In this document: piece by piece, positions 1-12,800 of the stretch | Layout: each line of letters starts with the position of its first letter | Position numbering within the stretch: the stretch's first letter is position 1 | Source: Lama glama | Lineage: Eukaryota | Reading direction: 5' to 3' | DNA: 64,000 bases | Assembly: GCA_028534125.1 (NCBI GenBank) | Contig: CM052816.1 | Span: 98,334,001-98,398,000, forward strand | The notes under the pieces: model-generated | Told to the model about the DNA's origin: nothing | The model's input: the letters and a program-made list of their open reading frames with translations, nothing else | The model's database searches: none | Made by a program: the position numbers and the translations under genes

Positions 1-3000
1 CTAGGATTGAAGGAAGAATGGATGTGGATCATTAAGACCACTGATACAGCTGTACAGGTAAGCAGGCAGGCAGCCTGGGCCCTCTGAGCATGCACAGCCT
101 GCAAAACAGCAGTTCCCAGCACCCCTCAGCCCACCCCCTCGGCACGCCGTGAAACCCCTCTCAAGCAGCCCTCTGCCCTCACACAGGGAGGCCTGACTGG
201 CCTCTGCCATGCACCAGGTGCCGGGGACGGGCGTTTCCATGGGTGTGTCCTGGTTGGTAGGCAGGACAGCAGGTGCGCACAGGACAACACTGAGTCTGGG
301 TGCAAGGCCGTTTGGGTTGTTTCCTTGGATTCATCGGCCCCGGAGACCACAGGTGTGGTGAGATTCTTGGGGCAGCGACTGGCCCTACGCTGCAGAACTG
401 CACCAGACCCCAAAGCAGGGGCCACAAGTGGCAAGGAATCTTGGGGTGAACCAGGGGGAAAAGGCCTCAGGTTTCTGTGCGGGTCCAAGGCTCCAACTGA
501 AATGAATCTGCATGCTCTCCCTTTGGGCCATCCTGGACCACAGCAGCGCAAGAGTCCCCTGAGACCCCAGCGTCACCTGGGACTCAAGTGGCCCCATCGT
601 CACACATTCTCGTAGCTCCGGCTTCTCCCTGATGACGCGTGCATTTCTGGGAGGCTATGCACACACACTTCGCCATCTGGCCAGCCCCCACATGGCATCT
701 GCCTGTCACCACACTGGCAGTCCCTGCTGTCCTTGACACTGAGAGTCAGGTATCCCCACCCTCAGGCGGGCACAGGCAGTCTGGCTGCTGTAACCCCACC
801 CCCGGGTCTTCGGTTTGACGAGGTGTCTCTCTGCAGCTGGAGGGGAAGAATAGGAATGCACCCCTCCCCCAATTCAGGTGGCAATGACAGTAGGTGACCA
901 AAGGTACCTGTTAGGGTCTCACGGCATCATTTGCTTTTGGGAGAATAGCTCTTTCAGGTGTAGCCCCACGTCTACGTGACACCTCTAAATGGGTCTCTGG
1001 GCTGCCAGGCCAGGGAAGGGTCAGCAGGGTGGATGCCAACTGTGCTTTGAGTCGCCCTCACTCAGACCAGTTCTGGTGTCTTAGCACTGAGGGGGCCCCT
1101 GTCCCTCGAGCTAACTGGTCACCAGGAAGCCCTGCAGCGCTTTATGCAGACACAGCCCTCCAGGCAGCCCTCACATGCGCCCAGGCCTTCACCAGCCCCC
1201 ACCAGGGCCAAGTGCTGTGGCGTCTGCCACTCAAGGAAAAGACTCCACTTCCACAGTGGGGGGAGTCCCAGTGCCCTGCTGCTCCGTGATGGAGTGTAAG
1301 CCCCGAGGTTGTGCCACGAGCCTTCCTCACATACACACACATCGCTGAGCTGTTGCGCATTTCCACTGGCTTTTGCCTGAGCAAGCTGCCCTCCAAACAA
1401 ACAAAACATTCCTTTGAAAACAATCGCCTCCAAAATAATAGGGCCAACAAAACCCACACTCCTTAGTGACGGGAGAAAAACCCAGGGTGCAAACAAAAAG
1501 ATTATAATGAATCATCTAACATTTATATGACCCATCAGTCAGTCTTCATTTTCTTTGTTGTGTGTGAATTTCCTTCTTCTTAGCAATCAATCTCTCACTC
1601 AGGAAAACGTGAGCATCTCGGCATTATTGCCTGTAAGGTCCAAAGAGAAAACAGTCACTACAAATGGCTGAAACACCAAAGACGCAGCTGCAGTAGACTC
1701 TGCCATTTCAGTTCCCCAAGCGTCAAAACAAATGTAAATAATGACAAGGTTTAGAACTTAAATCACGTGAGCTGTAGTAACAGATTGAAACATACGCCAG
1801 CTTTGCAAGGCCAGAAGTACAAGACCTGAGGTGTGTTCATGCTTCAGGGAGGCTGTGGAGCGTGCATCCTTTGGTTACAAATTGCAAAGTCACAATTTCC
1901 AACTAGGGGCAATGAGAAGAATGGAGAACAGGTTTGGAGACATTGGCACTGGCAGTGGCCCTGGAAGTCCAGGATATTTTTGCTCACTTGATCTCATTTT
2001 ATGCTGGAGGCAGCCTGGGAAACATTCAGAATGACAAGAACCTGGTGGAAGAGACTGGAAGATTGTTTAGGAGGAGAGTTAAAGTAGCAAGTATCAAGCA
2101 GCACTATTTTCTCTAAGCCAGGCAGGCAATAAAGTAATTTTTAGAAGACTCATTAGAAGAGTTGAAAAGTAGTGCTAAAAGCCAGAGGGATTCATAGCAA
2201 TGCGTAAACTGGCATGTGACTTCAACCGTTCCTCCCCAAACAGAGAAGAATCATGGCAGGAGACCAATGAACTGAGACCATTTACCTGCGAGAGAAAGTG
2301 AGATTGTTTTGAATCCCTTCAGGGGTGTAGATCACCTGGCACATTGATACTTTTAAGTGTTCTTTTTTTGTGCCAAATATTAAACTAAGAGCACCTAGGT
2401 GGAAGCTAATGGGATAACAGTACATTCATGGAGACGTTGCTGCTGTGGGAATGGAGGCAAACACCACAGCAGGGAGAGAGAGAGGACCCACCCACTAGGG
2501 TTTTGTTTATATTTTTCTTCTGAAGATTCTTGTGTAAGTGGTTCACAGTTTCTCCTCTTTTTCCCTTCCCTGAAGCCTCTGCAGGGCACTGCCATTCCTC
2601 ACACTCCTTACCTTTCTTCTTTTTCTCCATCTCTTGGAAGCCACAATAAAGAGACATTATGAATGGTCCATGTGGAAATCTCGACTATGTTTCCATATCT
2701 TGTAACAGAATTTGCTCAGAACTCTTGTTACGGTGACATGCAAAAAAGTCTTCACATGAAAAAAAAAAAGCCTCCGTCTTTACGAGTAAAGGATTATACA
2801 AAATGTGAATATACTTCTCAGGAAGAAAAGTGATCGCTTAATCCAAATTTTTACTGCATTAAAAGCAGACGTCATTGTGAACTCTGACACAGGAGGATGG
2901 AATGAAGTGGCACTGACGTGTGTGTTCCGTAGCTCCTTTACGTCTGTGCACGCTCACAGCTCAATCCAATAACCAGCTTGCGTCTGAGATGCCAAAGAAA

Positions 3001-4419
3001 TGACCTGTGTCTGCAGCACCTTCACAATAGTTCATAAAACTACTTAACGTCGCTTTTATGGAGTCTGTGTGAGGTTGAATGGAAGACGATATCTGGGGCT
3101 TTAATTACGGGGAATACATGCTGTGATTTAACACGAAGCTCAGAGACGTTGCGTTCGTGTTTACAACAGTAGGTGCTCTACTGCGTTCGCCTACGGTTAG
3201 AGGTTTAGGGTTCTGACTCGGCTTATCCTGCTCTTGGCTGAGCCATGACAGAACCCCGGGGTGCCGCTGCCAACTGTACGCCTGGCGACACACACAGTGG
3301 GGGAGTGACGTTGTTGAATCCTAGCTCTCTATTTGGAGATGGTTCCTGCTGGTTGAGTAATAGTTATTTCTGATACTGTCAGCGTATGGAGTCAAAATTT
3401 TGCATTTTAATAGCTGTGGTTCAGAGAGCCGCCCAGGTCCTGTGTTGCTGATGCACATGCATCTCCCCTGCGAGCAGTTCTCATCACAGAGGAGCCGTTT
3501 GACAGAATTTGCACTTTGGGATGAGGCCATCCATGTTTGAAAGAGTTTTCACTGAGCCAAGCCTCCGACCGAGAAGCCCTGGCCGTGTTAGGGATGCTGT
3601 GGGGCAGCTAAAAGCCTCTCTCCCCTGTGTCCGGGACTATGACGCTGCCCAGAACACTCGAACAATACCTGGATAACTGTCCAGCCATGGCCACTTTTAT
3701 GTCCTTTGTAATACAGTATGCATTGCTCTGGGTAGAAGACTGTTCAACATAATAAAAGCAGTTAGAGGTAATTTGGTGGCTCACTTTCTGAAGGATTTTC
3801 ACAGGCACGGATACTTCTGAATTGCAGACAAAATCCCCCAGATTCTGCCAAAGACTTGTGCCAGAGTTGTCATAATTACACATCTCAGAGTATTTGTTCT
3901 TGCCAGCAATGAATTAATGAGATGAGACCACTCATGATCTTTGAATACTACAGAACAAAAACAGAAACAGAAATAAAAGAATGATGAGTGAGGGTCCTCA
4001 TTATAGAAGAAATAGCAATTTCCCGCTGCTAAAAAGAAAGACCGTTTCAGCTGATGAAGCCGGAAGAGAGCTCTGGCTTCCCTGGCCTTCGCGGTCAGAG
4101 TCCTGGGTGCAGTGAGAGCGCTGAAGTGGACTAGTCAGTCATCTCTGTTCGTCGGCCTGAACGCCGTCTGCCCCTGCACTGGGAGCTCGATTTAGATCAA
4201 ATATTCTTTCGCTCCTTTCCTGTGGTTTTTCTCGCCACCTTGCTGGGACCGCCATCATGAAGAACAATTTGAAATTTTCCTTAGATAATTCATGCTGTTT
4301 CACACCGTGTAAACCATGTGAAAACAGAAAATCTTTCTCTTAGGGAGAAAGAGTGATGTTTTGGTAAAGTTAACTTCCTCCGGTGAGCGATGACCATCAA
4401 AATAAATACAGGCCAGATA

Positions 4420-4520
4420 TTCAAGTTAAAATTCCCTCCAGTTCCAGAATGAGAAGCCAGGTGTGTTTGGGCAAGTTCTTTCCCTTCTCTGAGCCTCCTT
4501 GTTCTGACCCTCGCTAATCT
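4420..4520 (+). mobile_element. MIR SINE core fragment
   Basis: 'gtgtgtttgggcaagttctttcccttctctgagcctc' resembles the MIR core (tgtgaccttgggcaagttacttaacctctctgagcctc). Confidence 0.6.
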
Positions 4521-4693
4521 CAGAGATGCCTTCTGACTGTGTGAATCCGTGATTCTCCGAATGCTGGAAGGCAAACACATTTCTTGAAATGAGGAAGCTG
4601 TGTGCTGTGCAAAGTACTTTTTATCATGTTACGGAGGATATGTGCCCTCTGTAGTTTCTTGTGTGTTCATTTACTTATTACTTTTAGTTACAA

Positions 4694-4780
4694 CTAGATG
4701 GATGTTTAGATAGACAGGTAGATAGATGGATAGAAAGAAAGTCAAAGGCAGACAAATAATGAGACAGACAGAAAGATGGA
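4694..4780. repeat. Degenerate (AGAT/GGAT/AGAC)n tetranucleotide repeat
   Basis: Seen directly: tagatggatg..tagatagacaggtagatagatggatagaaagaaa..gacagacagaaagatgga. Confidence 0.7.
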
Positions 4781-6666
4781 CTTTAGGTATTGCACGTAAT
4801 GCAAACTGGACACAGGTAGGGCCTCTGTGTTAAGGTTCCCAGAGATGGAAGGATCGGCTATGGCTCATTCTGCCACCTGGTCAAAAACATTCATCAGCAT
4901 GAAAGCAGGTGTGTGGGTGCGCAGTTCAGGCCAGATGTTTGCGTGCTGGGGAGTCTAAGGTGAGGGGGAAAGAACGTGTTCTTTCCTGGATGAGCTTTCC
5001 ACTCTGGAGTGTTCCACTGGCAGAGCGACTTTTCCTTTAAAAAAAGAGAAAATTGTTTCCTACACGATTTCAGAGTAAATAAGTTGTTTCTCAAATTTAT
5101 CAAACTGTTCAACTGTATATTAATTATTTAAGCAATCACAAAAGCTTAAAGAGTCCAAAAAGGCAATTTAGTTTGTTTACCTGCCTCTAAGCAGGACTTC
5201 CACAAGGCAACAGAGATGATTGGCATCCTGCCAAATGACTAGTTTTTGGTCCAAGCAATTAATTTTTTTCTAATTAGTGGCGTTAGACTAAGACCCGTTT
5301 CTTACAGCTAACGAGGACTGTTGCTGGTGCGATTGTTCTGATACAACATTCAGCACCTGGAACCCATCGGGGCAGCTCAGCGCCTGACCTTGGGCTGTGC
5401 CCGTCTCCAGGCAGCCGCTGACAATGTCCCCAGGGCCGGCCAGAGTCTGTTACAGCGAGCGCCACCTTGGAAGAAACTCACCTTAAACGTGCAGAACTCG
5501 GGTGCTTTGTTGTCGTGAATTGCTGCCATTCAGGACATCTTTCCTGTCCTTGTACCGTGAATGGGTCCATCAGGCCCAGGGAAGCAAACACACGGGAGTG
5601 TGTTCGGGGAATCTGATCCAAGGCAGAGGACCAGGTCGTGCACAGCAAACGACAGCAGTAACAATGATATCGGTCCTTGCTTATGGGTCCCTTTCTTGGG
5701 CTTTTATGTGACAGTGAACCCGGGCGTTCTAGCCTCTGAAAGCAGCACGCTTATACATCCCATTAAGAACTCTCGGTGAACACTGATGCATCGAAATGGT
5801 ATTTAAAACCACGGTGTGCTCAGACAGCTCAGCCAAATGCCAGTTGCTCAGTTCCCACGTAAATTAGACCTGGATTGATGTTTGCTGTTGGCAGAAGTCA
5901 GCATTTAAACACAGCACCTCCTCACTCACACACACAAACACCTGCCGCCCTCATACACACACTTGCACGACACAGAGACACAGAGCATCTCTCTTCCAAA
6001 TGTGTATGCTTTAAGGGCCGTTCAATGCAAGGCCTGCTTAGGGAAAGCTTTTAGAGATCTATATTCAGGCCATCAATATTTTGTTTTTCCTGGGGAAGAT
6101 CTTGCTAGAAGAAGCTTGAAATAAACCAATATAGCTTGATGGCTAAGCTGAAATTTAAGATATTTCTTATCCTTTTTCCCCTCCTCTTCCTTCTCTTTTT
6201 CCTTCCTTAAATACAATGAAACAAACCTTCAAAGGTTATTTATGGACGAGACTCAAAATGAAGATTTGGCCATTATGCTTCACTAGAAGGTTTCAAATGT
6301 AACACTTTATCCTAGTTAATAATCCCTAACAGCCAGGTCTGCTCTAGAAATTACTTCAGTATTATTACTGAAATAATAACCTCAGGAAACACTCTTGAGC
6401 ACCAGCAGCGGAGTCGATGTCAGCACTGCTCCTCTGCGGGGCTGGCTTGTCCCTGTCGTGCACATTTCCCGTGAAAGGACAATCATGGGGCATCTCCGTG
6501 CCTCTGGGAGCAGTTTGAAGACACTCAAATCTGATGACTCAGAACAAATTGCCTCCAAAAGGGGTTCAGATCATGCAAATCCACTGAGGTGCAGACATTG
6601 GAATGCAGAACACCCATCACTTGAGACTGAGCTGAACACAATCAGGTGTCATAAAATACGTTGCTA

Positions 6667-6909
6667 TTTTTTTAAACATTTTTTTTATTGAGTTATAGTC
6701 ATTTTACAATGTTGTGTCAAATTCCAGTGTACAGGACAATTTTTCAGTTACACATGAACATACATACATTCATTATCACATTCTTTTTTGCTGTGAGCCA
6801 CCGCAAGATCCTGTATATATTTCCCTGTGCTACACAGTACCATCTTGTTTATCTATTCTACATGTTGAAATCCCAGTCCCTTCCCACCCCGGCGCCTCTT
6901 CCTCCCTGG
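6667..6909 (-). mobile_element. 5'-truncated L1 3' end, camelid/cetartiodactyl type
   Basis: T-rich tail then 'attgagttatagtcattttacaatgttgtgtcaaattccagtgt...tttccctgtgctacacagta...cttgtttatctattcta...cccttcccaccc', an antisense L1 3'-UTR. Homologous to the copy at 9.6 kb. Confidence 0.85.
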
Positions 6910-7739
6910 GTGTGGAGGGAGGTGAGTCAGTGTCCTGTTGGAGAGGCAGGAGTGAGGGCTGCTTTCCTTCAACAATGCAAAGAAGTGTCTTCTTGCAAAC
7001 AGAAGCATTTAGTGCTTGTGTCTAGGACTCCTAGGTGAATTTATTTTTAACTCTGGAAGAAACAGAGAGAGAAAAAACAAAATCAAACAAAGCAAAAGCG
7101 GAGTAATGGAGGCAGTGCTAAGACGTAGAGCCTCACCGAGACGGTTTTCAGAGGAAGGAAGGGGCGTGGCAAACTCGAGCCCTGCTCTCCAATCGTGAGT
7201 TACCACAACACTTTCTTGTCCCCGTCTCCAAAGCGCCCCTCAGATCTGGGATAAGCAGTCCAGCTCTTCTCGCCACGGCAGCTCTCAGGATGCCAGGACA
7301 CCTGTCAAGACCTGCGAGACCGGCCCTCAATATGTAGAAACTTTAATCTTAGACTCTGAAATTTCTGGAGAGCTTCAGGCCCTGGACCCATGTGTTTTAG
7401 ACACATTATCTCTCTCCAATCCTGAAAACATGACATTAATGTCCCTACATTGTGAAAGAAGACCTTGCCCAGGAACAAGGGGAAGCACAGGACCAGGTCC
7501 CCAAGGACCCTGCGGTTCCCACCCCACACCCAGCCCTCCCTGGGCTTGGGTCTGGCTTTTGCGACTCAGTGCAAACCTGTATTCAGGTTTAAAAATCAGA
7601 GTTTGGAAGTTAGAGTCATGTATTTATCAGAATTGCGGGGGTTCATGGCCTGGTTGGTTCTACGCAGACTTAATACAGATCAAATGTATTGAATAGGAAA
7701 TTAGTAGCCCAGACTTCTGTCCTTCCTTTCAAACTAACC

Positions 7740-7850
7740 AGCTTTTAGATCTTTATTTCCTCATCATTGAAATGAGAGTGATGTATGTTTGATTTTTGTT
7801 AGTGGTATTGTGTCAGTTAAAGGAGATAATGGCTGTGAAAGTACCTAAAA
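7740..7850 (+). mobile_element. MIR fragment (3' half)
   Basis: 'tttcctcatcattgaaatgag...ggtattgtgtcagttaaaggagataatggctgtgaaagtacct' resembles the MIR 3' half. Confidence 0.55.
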
Positions 7851-7999
7851 ATCATACAGTGTGTACAGGTGGAAAGCTTTATTCCTCCTACCCAATATGG
7901 TCAGGTTTAGAGAATCAAGTAATCTACGCAGTGAGAGGAAACCAAAGTTACCTGGTTAAAATTTCCTCTCAGTGAAAGACTCTTCTGTAGAGTCTTTGA

Positions 8000-8185
8000 T
8001 TTATTCATCCACCCACCCACCCATCCACCCTTTTGTTCATTCAAAAATATGTCCACATTTGATAAATTTTTACTAAGTACTTGCTGTTCTTCAGACACAG
8101 TGCACTAGGTTTGGGTGCTTAGTGATAAAACACTCATGATCTTTTATAATTTCCAGTGAGGAAGACAGAAAATAAAGAAGTACTT
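8000..8185 (-). mobile_element. L2 LINE 3'-end fragment
   Basis: ttcattca-type tail followed by 'tttactaagtacttgctgt..cacagtgcactagg..ttccagtgaggaagacaga', the antisense L2 3' pattern. Confidence 0.55.
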
Positions 8186-8561
8186 TGAAGAAAACGAAGA
8201 GACTGAGAATAAAGGACAGCGCCCATTGAGAACCACAGCTGAACAGGGCTGGCAAGGCCGCAGGCTAACGCCCAGACCTTGGGCCGCAGAGGTTGCAGCG
8301 GCTTTCAGCTAATGCCTATTGTCAGCGAATAGTGAGGCGAATCAGAGTCAGGAGGAAGAGGAAGGTTATCTAATATTTTTTAAACTATTTAATTTAAACT
8401 AATTTTAATAGTTTAAATAAATTCTTATGACCCCACCAGGTAAGGTCTTTAGAAGACAAGTTAAAGGAAGAATATTTTCAATTGGCGTAAAATTACTTGC
8501 TTCTAGTATAAATTATAATTATGAGACTTACAATCTTATTTTTGTTATTAAATTCCTAGTA

Positions 8562-9133
8562 CAATAAGGAGAATAATGGCCCCCCAAATATGTCTATGCG
8601 CTAATCCTAGGAATTTAATACGTTATCTTAGTTGGCAAGAGACTCTTTGCGGGGGAGATTAAGATTATGGGTTCTGAGATAGGGAGATTATCCTGGGTTA
8701 GCTGAGTGCATGCAGTCCAACAACAGAAACCCTCCAAAGCAGGGGAGCCAGAGAGAGCAGAGTGCGGGGGACAGGCCCGCCGCTGCTGGCTTTGAGGTGG
8801 AGGTCGAGGCTGTGAGCCAGGAGTGAAGACAGGCTCAGAAAGGTGGGATGCCTTCAGCTGACGGCTCGCACGCGCCCGGGACCTCAGTCCCACGACCCTG
8901 GGGAGCTGAATTCTGCCAACAATTTGCATAAGCAGGTCTAGGTGCTGGGGAAGACAGGGAGATGGCTTCTCTCCGGAGCCTCAGCGAGGAAGGCAACCTG
9001 CCAACACCTTGATTTTAGCTCGCGAGACCTGTGTCAGAGTCCTGACATGAGAACTGCAAGATGATCAATTTATGTTGTTTCAAACCTGCTAGATCAGTGG
9101 TGATGCATTACAGCAGTGATAGAAACCCAATCA
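8562..9133 (+). mobile_element. MaLR solo LTR, MLT1D/E-like
   Basis: Start 'aataatggccccccaaatatgtc..ctaatcc..gagatagggagattatcctgg', middle 'ggacctcagtcc..ctgaattctgccaacaa', end 'caacaccttgattttagc..ttacagcagtgatagaaa'. Full LTR span. Confidence 0.85.
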
Positions 9134-9375
9134 ACCTAGAAATGCAGTGAGTGATCTTCTGTGTGGTATTGTATTTCCTCTCTCACTCACCTCCCCAAAG
9201 TATTTAGTTGGGAGAAGCAGACTAACTCTCATAGGACACTGGCTCCTTTGGCCTCTCGCTGCCCTCTGCCGCGTGCTTCCACCGTGACTCTGGAGAACGG
9301 GACCCCAGTGCTGTTTGCTCCCTGCATACAGTTCCTCTAGTTCAGGTGAAGTCTCAGAAGGAGCCAAGGTCCTGA

Positions 9376-9412
9376 CCCTTCCTGCAGCCCTTCCTGCAGC
9401 CCTTCCTACAGC
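9376..9412. repeat. 12-bp tandem repeat x3 (CCCTTCCTGCAG)
   Basis: cccttcctgcag cccttcctgcag cccttcctacag seen directly. Confidence 0.9.
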
Positions 9413-9502
9413 ACACATGGGTTCCTCTCTGCAGAAAGCAGCAGAGATTTTCTGAGGAATTCTTACGCTGTCCAGAACCTCTTGGCTATGAAATCAACCT
9501 AC

Positions 9503-9592
9503 CTTTCTTTCTCTCTTTTTTTCTTTCTCTCTTTCTCTTTCTTTCTTTCTTTTTCTGTCTTTCCTTCTTTCTTTCCTTCTTTCTTTCTTTTC
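9503..9592. repeat. (TTTC/TC)n polypyrimidine microsatellite at an L1 tail
   Basis: About 90 bp of almost pure C/T directly abutting an antisense L1 3' end. Confidence 0.9.
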
Positions 9593-9864
9593 ATTGAAGT
9601 ATAGTCAGTTTACAATGTTGTGTCAATTTCTGGTGTGCAGTATAATGTTTCAGTCATCCATATACACACATATACTCCCTTTCATATTCTTTTTCATTAC
9701 AAGTTACTGCAAGATACTGAATACAGTTCCCCGTGCTATACAGTAGAAACTTGTTGTTTATCTATTTTATATATAATACTTAGTATCCACAAATCTTGCA
9801 CTCTCAGTTGATCCCTTCCCACCCCTTTTTCTCCCTGGTAACCATAAGTTGGTTTTCTATGTCT
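9590..9864 (-). mobile_element. 5'-truncated L1 3' end, camelid/cetartiodactyl type
   Basis: 'attgaagtatagtcagtttacaatgttgtgtcaatttctggtgt..ccgtgctatacagtagaaacttgttgtttatctattttata..ctggtaaccataagttggttttctatgtct'. Its right end is the reverse complement of the L1 UTR at about 35270-35300. Confidence 0.9.
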
Positions 9865-12800
9865 AACGTCTTTCATTATCAGCTCCCAGACTTCCACTTT
9901 CTCCCAACAGTAAGTGTTGTGAACACAGAGAGCAAGAAGGCAGATTTCAACCCAACCCTCAGAAAGAGTCAAAAGACAAGTGGCTTGGGTGTAAACTGTG
10001 TTTGCAGAAGTGGGTAAGCTAGGGATGCAACACAAAGTAAGTGGCCTGAGTTCCAGGATCACGGGTAAACTGAGGCCCACAGCTCCAGGTTTGGAGCTTG
10101 CTGTCATTTCTGGGTGACGCCTTTGTGCACCTTTCCAAATCCTCCAGTGATTTCCCGGCGCACTGCCCTCGCCTGCGCCGGCACACCCAGCCTGCTCTGG
10201 ATGCGCTTGGGTTCCTTTCCCTTGAGACCTCCCTCTGCACCTCCTGTGAGGTGTCCCTTAGTGTTTGCTCTATGCCTGACACGTTTCTGAGGAAATGGTC
10301 ACACCGGACTCCATCACTCTCCTGGTCCAAACCCAGCTAAGCCTCAGCTTGGAAACTTATAATTGCAGGTCGTAACCAGTATTTCCATTGTACTAAACCA
10401 GAACACCCGGATTGAAAGCCAGTGTTCCTTGTATGTATAAACTTGCGAATAGAAACTTTTCACTTGTTTCTCTGAATTAGATTTCCTTCTATTTCTCTGT
10501 TAACACTCACAGGGATAGTAATTAAATATATGTTTCCCCAAAATACATTGGTTGCAAGACAAAACAAGTCATTCCATGCCTGCCCTGCATCCTGACCCTT
10601 TTAGATCGTTTTGCAACTTCACAAAGTTCCTTCTTCGGGATTCTGAGGACGGCGTCCCCTCCTGAGGGCCCACCAGGGCCGAGTGGAAGGTGTCCAGGAG
10701 CAGAAGGCGTCCCCTGGAGGGCGGCGCCTTCTGCAGTAGAAGCCGTTGGGGGAAGGCAGCCGTTATCCGCGTAGCTGGCTGCAGGCTTGGCCGCAGAGCC
10801 TGTGTCTAGCAGGATTTCCCCAGTTCCCCTGGGCGGCTTCTTTGGGAGAGGTCAGAGACATGAGCCCCAGCTGACCCTGACAAAGGCCGTGCGGGAAGTC
10901 ACTGAGCCCCTCTGCTCTCACATCCCTTGTTCTCTTTCCAGCTTGCCTGGCACTCAGGGGACAAGAGGAAAAGAGGATGCTCTGTGTCTTTTCCCTAAAC
11001 CCCAGCAGATGCTCTAGTGGTACCTTTGGGTTAAGGAAGGCATCCTCAGGGGAGGTATAGCCCTTGAGGGGATGACCAGGAGCCACCTCTAAGTCCACGT
11101 TGCTCTGTAGCACAACATGAAACCCTCATTGGACAACAATGGTGATATTTTATAGAGGGCTTCTGGGAAAGCCAAGAGAGAGGCTGGTTCAGGGAGAAAA
11201 CAAGGGTAAGAAGTGGATGCCACAAATCTGTCCCTTATCCACACATCTGCTCCGAATGGGGACGGGCTCTAGTCGGAAAGGCCGTGGGCCCAGGCTCCCC
11301 TCCTCCCGCCCACAGCACTCGGCAGGTCCTAACCTGCCGCTGACATGCTGGTGACCTGAAGCAGGACTGGGTGTCCCCAACACTCAGTGCCACCCTTCCC
11401 TCCTCCCGTGTGTTTATAAACCTGCATTTCCTCCAGGGAGGGGCAGAGTGTAAACATTTTATTTTGTTTTTAATCCAGAGATTCACAGTTTTCAGTAATT
11501 GAGTTTGTAAAGCATTCCTTTTCACCTTTTCTAAATCTGGGAGAGGGAGGGTCTATGTGTTCGCATTTTTGAAATCACCCCAGCATGAAGCAAGTGGCTG
11601 CCGCTTTTCAAATTTCATTACACTTGATTAGGTAAATCATCAAATCTCATTAGTAGGTTAATAACTCCTCCTTCCTCTCTTCATTGTTCACTCCGTACGA
11701 CAAGCAAATCATGTGCTTATAATTTTAATGTAATATCCATGATTTCAATTTCAGTCAAATTACAATTTCAATTGTATTCCCAGTTAAAACAATTGCGTTT
11801 CACAGCCAATTCAGTGGCACACACAAGGGTCCCAAATTTCAGCCTCAATTATTAGGAATGCTAAATAGTTATCATAAATCCTAAGTCTCCATCTGGTGAT
11901 TCGAGATTATTCTGGGGTGAGCTCTCAGGAGAAAGGCAGTGAAGGGAGGAAAAGAGAGTGTCGACGTCCCACCTTCCATCAGCTCTGTGCTCTTCCTCTG
12001 GTCATCGTGGAGGCGGCAAAATGATTGCCTTGGTGATATTCTCTGGAGTGCCCTGCTGATGCCAAGATACATCAGAGCTGAACAGCTCCCTGAGCAAACG
12101 ATGAGGTGCAGAGAAACCGCACTGTTGCTGGCTGCCATGCAGGCTCCCCATAGCTAGTGGCTCAGGCACCTTCTACTTAAAAGCACAGTCAAGCCTGAAC
12201 TGAGGAAGACAAGACACTGCAGAAGCACACTGATATGTGCCGACACTTCCAGAATCATGGTTTCATCCAAAAGGGCCAGAAAGATCGAAGGCCAGTCTGA
12301 AGACCCAAAATTGCTGTGAAAACCTACAGCCGCAAAGAACAGAGAGCAGCAGATCAAAGTGTTCAGATTTTCCTTTTGATAACAAAGCCAACAATGTGTG
12401 GTTTTATGGAAGATGCTCCAAATTCACCAAGGCCACTAGTACTCATTAATAATGACGTGGTATTGAAATGCCTATAGTTCATTCTGAATTTCACATCAGA
12501 CTCAGGATCAACAATAAGTGACCGTTTTGACCTCTGTTTTGAAAGTACAGAAGTTGATTTAGACCAATATGTGAGTATACATCTCAAAGAATACACTGAA
12601 AATCGATTCCCATTTCAAAACATTTAAATGTTGTTAAATATTGAGGAGTTTCTTTTTTTCAGTTAGGTTTCATACATGCAGTATAATCAAAACTTTCAGA
12701 AACTGCTCTTTGAAAAAAGTTACTCCCTCCTATGCAATCACATGCCTAAAAAAAAAAAGGGTATTTTTATTGGAAAAATATCCATATTTTAAAAACTGTT

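Noticed and set aside
1934..2116. ORF reading DIFAHLISFYAGGSLGNIQNDKNLVEETGRLF as a coding exon
   Set aside because: No polypyrimidine tract at the putative acceptor, no good donor, and no recognisable homology.
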